DNA of 61,002 nucleotides, filler included. It is 11 parts of 11 records of this genome, joined end to end, with 100 filler letters (N's around TTAATTAATTAA, not from the genome) between each part and the next. Parts side by side here need not be neighbours in the genome. Positions count along the whole stretch, not along the records: positions 3,737 to 12,601 come from SRR15195285_5567; positions 12,702 to 16,006 come from SRR15195285_5577; positions 16,107 to 20,589 come from SRR15195285_5580; 8 more parts are not named here. One strand, 5' to 3'. Shown here piece by piece: positions 10,501 to 17,527 of this stretch. Position 1 is the first letter of the stretch. Each line of letters starts with the position of its first letter. The position numbers and the translations under genes are program-made. The notes under the pieces were generated by a model that worked only from the letters and a program-made list of their open reading frames with translations, was not told the origin of the DNA and did no database searches.

Positions 10501-12601
10501 ACTGCCCTCCCCGACCAAGCTGGCCTACAGGGCATAGCTCGCAGCCATCTTGAGCAGGAAGAGGCTGCTTCCCTTCAGGGCAGCGCTCACACTTCGGCTG
10601 ACTGCTATCTCTGGCCCAGTTTGCTCCCAGATTACGGCATGGTTCGCATTCGGTGCCAGACAGACTGCTCATAGTACCAGGCTCACACAAATTGCAGACC
10701 CCATTTGTACTGTAATATCCATCTCGACAGAGGACGCATTCCTTCCTGTCAGAATCCGGTTCCCTGCCAGCTGGGCACGAAGAGCATCGAGTAGCCCCCA
10801 GCTCGGAATAGTAGGAGAGGTTCGATACAGCCCCCACACCCGGTAGCATCGAACAGTCCATACAGATTCCCGCGGAGCTGAATCTACCAACACTGCAGTC
10901 AACGCACGCACCACGGGACGCATCTGGCTCCTTCCCTGGTGCACAGACTTCGCAGCGAGCGCCACCGGGGCTAAATAGTGTCTCGCCAAGATCGGAGCAC
11001 GGCTCGCACCCAGTCAGGTCATCGTAGAGCTGCTGTCCTGGTGGACATGTGAATCTCAGCTCGTCCATGCCGCATGCGGCCCAATCTACAGAAGAGTACA
11101 ATGTGGAGTAAAGATCCATTGGGAAATCCTCTTGCACCTCCTGCCACAGCTCCACTTGGTCTTGTGGCAACCGGTCTTGTAAGGAGCACGGCACACAAAA
11201 CGAGCTACCGACTTGTGCGTTGGGTACAGACCGCAACGCCATATCCGGTTGTCCACTCGAACTTTCTGAGCGGACGCAAGGTCTACATCCTGTACCGTCT
11301 GGATTATGAGTAAACCGGCGGCAATCCACACACGTCGTGCGGTCCACTGTAGGCTCTTGTCCAGATGTACACTGAGTACATCTCCCTCCAGTTCCCGCCC
11401 ACCCAACTGGGCATGGAACCTGGTCGTCGCCGAGGGCAGTTGGCTGCATACCGTCATTGGCAACAATGCATGCAGTGTGGTCCAGCGTGTACGCAGTTGA
11501 ATTGCAATGCTCACATGCAAGTCCATCCCTGGAATGCTTCCCGGTTGCACATGATATACACTCGGTGCGTTCTGCATTGGGTTCCTTTGCAGCTGGACAC
11601 TTGGTGCACAGTCCTCCTACACCTCCGTATCCGTCTGCACATAAAACACATTCGCAGCCACTGCTAGCCGGCCGAAAGCCATCTGCGCACACTGAACACG
11701 AAACGCCACGACTAATTGCCCCAGCCGGGCAGGCCACACACTCACCACCACGAAAGCTGCCATCTGTGCCACATATGTGTGCTCCGCTGCCAGGATGGTA
11801 TCCGCAATCGCAGTTGAATTGGCACTGGTCTCCAACCACACCCTGGCAAAATGCTGACGAATTCTGAATTGTCAAACCATCTGTACAGCTGTTTGCAATG
11901 CACTGTCCGCCCTCGAAGCTGCGATCCACCGTACACACTCGTGGTCGCACCGGTGAGTAGCCGTGATCGCATTCAAACAAGCACTCGTCACCTGTACTGC
12001 CACTGCACACTGAAGGTGAGTAGTCCAACGTCAATCCTTCGATGCATAGCTGCGGGGTACAAAACGACTGAGCAGAAATTGAATCCTTCCCTTGGGGACA
12101 TTGTACACACGGAGTGGTAGGGTCAGAGTCCTCGTCGTACTGCCCTGCGCCACAGTCAACGCACCCAACTGAAGCACTCTCCCCTTGAAACTTGCCAGCA
12201 ACGCACGCGATGCAAGTTGTCTGCCCAGCGCTGTTTTGGAAAAAGCCAGGCGAGCATTCCTGACACTGCCACAGGGTGTCTCGGACAATATTGTGATCCT
12301 CGAAAGTGTTGGTATAGTCGTACGGATATGTATGGACAGATGAATACGCACGGCGAGTATAGTATCCATCAGGCTGAAAAGCAGACCGAATGGGGGTCGA
12401 CAATGCAGGCACGACAAATGCACTAGCAATGGACATAAGCGAACTGTAGAACCCAGCCGGGCAGTCTGAGCACTGTATGGACCCTGTCGCGTTTTGAAAC
12501 TGCCCAAACGGGCAGTCGATGCATGCAGGCTCAGCATCACGCCCGGTTAAGTTTGAGAATGTCCCAACAATACACTGGATGCAGTCTGTCTCTTCGTCAC
12601 T
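4544..12601 (-). CDS. Giant Cys-rich multi-pass membrane receptor-like protein (over 2630 aa, 5'-truncated): GCC2_GCC3/ephrin-receptor-like Cys repeats, sushi-like, Ig/filamin-like, about 7-8 TM, cytosolic SH3-like/C2-like/SH3-like
   Basis: One uninterrupted ORF that stays open to the contig end. It has dozens of CxxCxxG repeats, a filamin-like VVPRDKFRN and the pre-TM motif CGVGYDGPLCAYCAPGF. The TM block (about 6025-7380) includes LYIDYKPDCYMWEVYLMAQKVAL and YEPYAHSRSNLL, typical of protist Cys-rich multi-TM proteins. Confidence 0.85.
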   Translation of the reverse strand, partial: SDEETDCIQCIVGTFSNLTGRDAEPACIDCPFGQFQNATGSIQCSDCPAGFYSSLMSIASAFVVPALSTPIRSAFQPDGYYTRRAYSSVHTYPYDYTNTFEDHNIVRDTLWQCQECSPGFFQNSAGQTTCIACVAGKFQGESASVGCVDCGAGQYDEDSDPTTPCVQCPQGKDSISAQSFCTPQLCIEGLTLDYSPSVCSGSTGDECLFECDHGYSPVRPRVCTVDRSFEGGQCIANSCTDGLTIQNSSAFCQGVVGDQCQFNCDCGYHPGSGAHICGTDGSFRGGECVACPAGAISRGVSCSVCADGFRPASSGCECVLCADGYGGVGGLCTKCPAAKEPNAERTECISCATGKHSRDGLACEHCNSTAYTLDHTACIVANDGMQPTALGDDQVPCPVGWAGTGGRCTQCTSGQEPTVDRTTCVDCRRFTHNPDGTGCRPCVRSESSSGQPDMALRSVPNAQVGSSFCVPCSLQDRLPQDQVELWQEVQEDFPMDLYSTLYSSVDWAACGMDELRFTCPPGQQLYDDLTGCEPCSDLGETLFSPGGARCEVCAPGKEPDASRGACVDCSVGRFSSAGICMDCSMLPGVGAVSNLSYYSELGATRCSSCPAGREPDSDRKECVLCRDGYYSTNGVCNLCEPGTMSSLSGTECEPCRNLGANWARDSSQPKCERCPEGKQPLPAQDGCELCPVGQLGRGGQCFDSCVALGCTLSELFIPRGAATLQLNSINDLCMYGTTFVSGAGLSVTVSDASAAVGTCADSECDMQLSEGEQNITIVGVSSHKTEQCLVHLHVIAARLSINPAVVEAACESTEFVDTPVLVTNTGGQPATIFRVQVDEWLAVQRVVDSGIEDVASVLSDIEFPWTIAPEEYLTVVLRMYGTSATFGINRQNATIISSSGETLFEVSFAVGQSGVRVTVFPDILPVVTLPAGESQSTFITVYNTDPRSTSQWAISNCTAFVGLPVGGLPPFSFSRCGGWENNGALGTSVDESHFAILKSLRFWDANKWVPFKEWKIIEAYLRQKGNLDDAETYLYSNIDKDDQFWRPNGLLEVVEQAQVEVKFAAPMLVGEYTAFNTIYGASVTTWWSDPVPEKPVGAPLTFSNLAPTEWVIECSILVVPAEIEPTMSTNFLEREITAGEPGKQRVVPRDKFRNDIHEFGLSFTATVTRRSDTMIDGVTGDVELLFTSSYDPEYGYFIQLTMPVMGPWLIMTKYDNRIVPPSLFPVVLTVVCTQPGEEVKSYPNERGTECLCGVGYARTSGICDRCLPGSQPNNDREQGCDSCAFQPGTASTDGRNCAECAIGLAPNPTADECIPCPQSQYYDIVSQVCKLCPPGQELILGQGLPCHPCHDGSAGSDGTCTDCPDGFMPTENKQWCMQCDTGSAGVDGACAFCPPGKHQNQAQTECVNCEIGRFRYDEARASCIRCDRENEMITKPADGTGSILPSDCMCPAGQYDLIQDPSSGGRDATDEYWEPDQPIIYQDVGEPIGVGKVYSLFTTIKDSAKLMSDSSTCTGTADTPRCEFFPDTGTCTVGCTKQGTTCTGTADVPTCDLDANTDGTGDCPKGCDMVDPNSAPKSWYLGVNKEAIRGNPIWCFPQGRERSPQTIVENKNAYEEILMRQRCIRCPDCLDCGAGPGPQWDYQGKPFVAQNWTFIEMSLIDQDDAVPERESALVQPAYQVNRERNVFKCRFDESCNAELEYRNVTSSLERCGVGYDGPLCAYCAPGFAMKKGLGCTMCQSGIMLALQGTGFVFAIFFGFYYLIPFLKHSARLGEIVTVVHRVLPAMLKDVKIVIQVYQIWVGMGVTLNVKFPEIVRNFVASFKEYLSFEIFELPGLGCLAPSSYYHKLYFQLLLPVLMVVYFAVTYVRQAEVVDLGLVNQGHVHDPEQDEKLKGKLAKQHKQNRKDGPLKSRAGVESHDAVNVNDMSEEERADYLEKEEQRLAKSMGATFLGLEDDNEEEMSDHEARARYERMEKKAALKQVAVSRCLFVVFLAYPGITNKLFGFFMCYQTGIYDQQYMFEDFAESCHSESYSRHVYICSALMLMIPLGIPLSMVRVLRKHADAIMKHEGPHEYEALYIDYKPDCYMWEVYLMAQKVALIGMLTFIDRGSILQSIIGLFISTFVLSCLLEYEPYAHSRSNLLACLGQSLIVFSYMVSLLLRVNLEGEAYLTRPIIGMFMLGANAPMLVSLGYDLVVTVTEELHHVRIDLLKYELGKVGSRYECIDVDGVSMHKAMIRAKPAKGEKPPPPVGRIDFGQMVTVNSQAVIFQNGGAVARLHKQSEQEGDPHGWFSYNHHGIFGKRHFKLADQDMVNGTCIGKLHLEIRRNDERLRCNILKIDWSERFLLEAIGEVADEEERAVIVFIELRVNRERKRTAGATFMDVAEDSQGPSWNEGVGQALLFDVTDPADPDGTGMVECISIKAFMGDPALDATADKTDEEYVAPRLLGSVVLDLGDRITQDEWEWDMFDFDAVELCEDMRPMTQEELDEKARIESLGLHWKGPNDEQQKLTKSQKTKGKSLSEQLHQQAQLAKLRTGETLPMKNPETSTTLSEPSINPLAAFATAQKIKSGKIKSDPKAFTGHYRTVKATPLQGGAEISSRRTGQLKAGELVEVTETKVLRDGTLRLKVGKRGWTSKTSAQGFAQLHRVKMQHRSVTAEKKHHFFRKSDAAGAGGNHVANPMFQQ

Positions 12602-13141
12602 NNNNNNNNNNNNNNNNNNNNNNNNNNNNNNNNNNNNNNNNNNNNTTAATTAATTAANNNNNNNNNNNNNNNNNNNNNNNNNNNNNNNNNNNNNNNNNNN
12701 NACTCGATTTTCGCTGGACCCCTCTCCAATAGCAATACTCGAGGTGAACAGGTCTGGACCGTGCTGAAACGGGGAAGCCAACGCCCTCCTGACCTACAGG
12801 AGGCGTCGCGCGGGCACGGGGTGGTGGCAGTGGCAGCGTGAGTGGGGGGGAGCGGCAGCGGGGGTGGCTGGGACAGCGGCAGAGGCAGCGGCAGAGGCAG
12901 CGGCAGAGGCGCAGGCCTAGGTAGGTGCAGACTGAACTGGCTGAACTGACCAGGCCAGCTCGCTCCACGCCTGCAGGCGCGCGTGGCCAGTTGTGTCCGG
13001 CAGGACGAGTCCACGTTTAGGATCTCCTGTGCTCACAGGCTCCGCGTCTGTTAAACCCACCTGCGCTGCTGGTGCTCGTGGCATCTATCCAGTGAGCAGC
13101 ACCCTTGGTCTAAGGAGTTCGTCACGCAGGGAGCACTGGCG

Positions 13142-15121
13142 ATGGATCATCGGACCGAGAATCTTCACTTTGCACAAGAGCCTCTCGCTGCTGCTTTCGC
13201 ACTCGCGAAGGAGAAGTTGGCTCAGCATCGAAGTGACGAAGCCACTGATGCAGACCTCAGTACAGTGATTGATTTGCTCTCTTGCGAAAATCAGGCGACA
13301 CAAAGACTAGCTGTCACTACATTGGGTTGCTTCGCTACCGCTTCCGAGGCGCACGTGGCCGAAATGGTGCGGCTCGGAGCCCCAGCGGCTCTGTGGGAGG
13401 TTTACAAGCAAACGCTGCATCCATCTAAAGACGACGAAGCGGCCCGTCAAGCAACGAAATTGATGCTCGCAGAAACGATGCGTGACATGATGAGGACGTC
13501 CGAAGCACGAGGGGCGGTGGGTACTCTAGAGGGCTACAGCATGCTGCGAGCTGACATAGCGTCGGAGCCGCTGGTAGATGCTGATGTGGATGCAGCCTTA
13601 AGAATTATGCGCAAAACTTCGTGGGAGAATCAAGAGATGTTCATTGATGCAAATCTAGTAGCGCCATTGTTAAATGTGATCAAGGAGATCGGACCAACCG
13701 AACTGCGGGTGAGTGCGACAATCGTCGTAGCCAACTTATTCGAAGGTTCTCTTGCGGTTACGAAAGCCGCTGTTGAGGCTGGAGGACTAGAAATGATGAT
13801 CGCAGAGCTGGCTAACACCAGCTTGGATGCGGAGCTGGCGGCTGAAATGACACGGACCATCGAGAAAGTGACGCATCATGCCGAATTTGCGAAACGGCTT
13901 GTCGATGCGGGTGTCTGCGCATGGTTGCTGCCGACAATGTATTGTGCTGAGCCTGGCCGGTGCTTTACTGCTGCGTGCATCGTGGCGAACCTTCACCAAG
14001 ATCGCGCTGTGATTGATCAGATTCACGAAACTGGGTGCTTGGAAGATATTGAGAAGGTTGCTCGCACTCTTTACCCTGGTGCTCTGACAGAGCGATTCAA
14101 GGAAGAGTGCCCACAAAGGCCTGAATTTGAGGTTCTCAGGACTCTCATCTCAAGCGACCTGCCTTTGCCGGTGCGTCTGGTTGCAGCGATATGTTTGTGT
14201 GGGTACAGTGTACACGCCGGGGAGGATTCCGATGATTCAAGACAGGTTGTACGGATATACGAAGATCCAGAAATCATTCAGAGTCTCCGTGTGCTCGCAG
14301 CATCGACAGATGGCCACATCTATCTTCACTCCATCTTTGCTCTTCGAAATCTTGGGTTACCTGAGCCATATTTCAAGAAAAGCAATGGTTCTGAAACAGC
14401 GTCGACGCTTCCAGCAGAAGTGGCCGAGTGGAGCACAGATGACGTCTGCACATGGGTTGGGCAGCAAGAATTTAGCATGTATCGCAAGCAGTTCCGCAGC
14501 GGTCTCGTCAATGGAGCCGTGCTTATCAAGCTGGACACCGAACACCTGGAGGAAATGGGAATTTCTCGACGCGTGCACCGCACCGTCATTCTCACGGGCA
14601 TCGAACTCCTCAGCTCACGCATACAGTCTGAAGGAACAGCAGAAGGCACACTCGTAGAAGGTGTGCCTCCAGCAATGCGAAGTAAGCAGGCACTGCAAGT
14701 CGATGTATTCATTTCTTACCGTCGCAAAGGTGGTTCTCAGCTCGCGCAGCTCATCAAAGTTTTCCTTAAGCTGCGGGGCTATGCAGTTTTCTTGGACGTG
14801 GACAACCTCGGGCGGGGTGAATTCGACACAGCCCTAGAAGCCAACCTCAACGCTGCTCGGAATGTGGTTGTTTTGCTTACAGACGGTTGCTTAGACCGTT
14901 GCATTGAGGACACCGAAAACCAAGATTTCGTGCGACGCGAAATTGCCACCGCCTTGGCGAAGAAGAAGAATGTGGTGCCCGTTACAGCAGCTTTTACATG
15001 GCCAGACACTGAGAGACTTCCTCATGACATAAGAGAGCTCTGCCGCCAAAATGCAGTGGATTGGAGTCACCAATACCAGGATGCTAGTATCGAAAAGCTA
15101 TGCGCTTTTCTGCACAAATGA
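13142..15121 (+). CDS. SARM1: SARM1-like NAD+ hydrolase (ARM repeats - one SAM - TIR), 659 aa, intronless
   Basis: The TIR [42 protein letters not shown]...CLDRC...[11 protein letters not shown]...KNVVPV...FTWPD...LPHD...[17 protein letters not shown] parallels the animal SARM1 TIR almost residue for residue ([22 protein letters not shown]...DWVHKEIVTAL...WSHEYQEATIEKI). The SAM reads [13 protein letters not shown]...F..Y...F....VNG..L..L. ARM segments AWLLP, ACIVANL and IQSLRVL...ALRNLG match the SARM1 ARM. Confidence 0.92.
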   Translation: [659 protein letters not shown]

Positions 15122-15973
15122 CCCATCGTGCAGCGTGATTGTTGCTGCATGCAAAGCATTCAGGACTGCCGTCGGATCTGGCAAAACAGAAAGAGCAACT
15201 CATCAAGCACATACGAGCCAATCGGGATTTTCCATGTTGCTTCGTGAACGCCACATTGGATGAATGAATGTGAATTGATATATTGTAATCTCTCTACCCG
15301 AGGTCGATCTCAGGTCACGAGCCATGCTGGAATATGAGCCAGGCTTTGAACGTCGACTGAAAATGAAACCCTAACCTCGACCACTTCACGAGATCAGGCA
15401 CCACCAGCGCGCACCCCGCATACGCACCGCGGCGCAGCGCGCCGCCGGCCCCACGCGCGGGTGCCTGCGCGCCGGGCCTGCGCATCCTGGTGCCGTGGTG
15501 ACTGGACGATTTGTCGAATTTGACAGGCCAAGCTACAAATGTAGGAACTTCCTACTCTCTACATGTACTACTGTAGTACCTAGGTAGATTACTAGCTAGA
15601 CAGGAATTCCTACAGCCGGTGTACACAGAATCGCAATCGGGTACCAACTACTAATTACAGTTATTATAGGTGCTGGATCCTGTCAAAGGCGACATGCACG
15701 CTTGGCGCCATGGGGACCGTGGGCTGGACAGGGCCTACAGCTTGCTTAGGGTTTGTGGTCCACGGGGGAGTTTTGGCGACTGCCTAGCTTCGCTAGCAGT
15801 GTAGGCCAGCGGCGGCTCGCCTAGGCGAGCTGCAAGGGCAGGCACTTACTTTGCTTATCCCTCACTCAGAAAGAAATTGTTGTTGACTCGTGACAACGAC
15901 ACCGTGGCAATGTAGGTTCAATTAGACCAATTGCATTATATGCATATATTACATAATCACTTTTTCTTTTTCT

Positions 15974-16006
15974 TCTTCCCCTTCCCCTTCCCCTTCCCCT
16001 TTCCCC
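15974..16006. repeat. (CTTCCC)n microsatellite at contig end
   Basis: Tandem ttcccc units run into the spacer. Confidence 0.85.
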
Positions 16007-16106
16007 NNNNNNNNNNNNNNNNNNNNNNNNNNNNNNNNNNNNNNNNNNNNTTAATTAATTAANNNNNNNNNNNNNNNNNNNNNNNNNNNNNNNNNNNNNN
16101 NNNNNN

Positions 16107-17306
16107 CCAGATGATGGTCGAACACCCGAAGATCGCTCAAATTTCGTTCACTGGCTCCGCTGCGACCGGCAAGAAGATCATGGCAACTGGTGCCGCGACC
16201 CTCAAGAAGGTCACTCTCGAGCTCGGCGGGAACGATCCAGCCGTTGTGCTACCCGATGTTGATCCCAAGGATGCTGCACCCAAGATATTCCAGGGCGCGA
16301 TGTTCAACACTGGTCAGGTTTGCGTTGCGATCAAGCGTGTCTTCGTGCACGAGTCCAAGTAGGTGCTCCATAGAAGAAACGAGATCGTGCATGCCGGACA
16401 GATATTGCTCACAACCCCTGGTTCTGTTGGCAGGTACGAGGCGATGGTCGATGCTATGAAGGATGAAGCTGCCAAGGCAAAGACTGTGATGAACGATGGG
16501 CTCGACAAAGACACTCAATACGGACCTATCAACAATCGGATGCAGCTCGCTCGCGTAAGAGCCAGCCCTTCCTGTCTTTGCTATGTCAGCCTTGAGCTGC
16601 GGTTCTGTAGTGAGTCGAGCTGCATTAACTGTCGTGTGTGACAGGTTGAGGAACTCGTTGAGGACGCAAAGGCCTCCGGCGCCCGCGTGGTTGCTGGCGG
16701 CAACCGCTTCAACCCTAACGGAAAGGACGGGTTTTTCTACGAGCCAACGATTCTGGCCGATGTGCAGGAAGGCGTCCGCATCGTTGACGAGGAGCAGGTG
16801 AGTCAACTGAAGCCAGTTCGCCTTCTGCCTGTTCCGCCTTTCCTATCCGTAGTGATTCTGTTCCTTGCGACTGTAACATCTTACTGTGACCTGCCGTCCA
16901 GTTCGGGCCGGTTATGCCGCTCATTAAGTACACAGACGTCGAGTGAGTCCCTTTCACTGAAAACTGCCTTGCTTCCCATGCATACTGCCCCCCAATGACA
17001 CTGCTGATCACTCAAGCCGTGGTGGGCATTGGTTCTGCCAGGGACGCGATGGAGCGCGCCAACGCCACAGACTTCGGTCTCGGAGGGTCCGTTTGGACCA
17101 ACGACCTGGAGAAGGGCGCAGAGCTTGCGGCGCGAATCCAGGCTGGTGTCCGCGGCGTGAACGCTCACCCCGGCGGCGGCCCGGGGACCCCGTTCGGTGG
17201 CGTCAAGCAGTCTGGCATTGGTCGCGAGGGAGGCGGCACGATCGGCTTGAAAGAGTTCGTGGATGTCACCACGTTGCGCATTGCGAAGACCGGCCTCGCC
17301 AAGTAG
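16107..17306 (+). CDS. Aldehyde dehydrogenase (5'-partial), with introns 16359-16433, 16555-16644, 16798-16901 and 16943-17041
   Basis: Motifs FTGSAATGK, LELGGNDP (catalytic Glu), GQVCVA (catalytic Cys), EEQ|FGPV and PFGGVKQSGIGREGG. Removing four GT-AG introns gives one continuous frame. Confidence 0.95.
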
Positions 17307-17527
17307 ACGGCACGGCCCTAGGCAGGTGCCTTTGTGTTGGTCAGAAGTTCTTGGTCGGAATGCTGAAAACGTCCCTGCAGAGGCCAAGAGGAAGTTGCTA
17401 TGCTGTAGCTATTTGTATGCATGCGTCGAAATGCACGCTAAGTCGGAACAACTTTCTACTGCATTGTGGCGGGTTTTCACACTCGTGGAAGGAATAGCAC
17501 AGCCCGTCTAACGTAGCCAATCTCGAC

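Noticed and set aside
15366-15378. Telomere-like aaaccctaacc
   Set aside because: A single unit, not an array; cannot be distinguished from chance.
16360-16362. In-frame stops interrupting ALDH, the POLE C-terminus, CD36 and the MFS gene, suggesting pseudogenes, readthrough or an alternative genetic code
   Set aside because: The ALDH, POLE and CD36 stops fall inside canonical GT-AG introns whose removal restores the frame; the MFS breaks coincide with similar splice signals.
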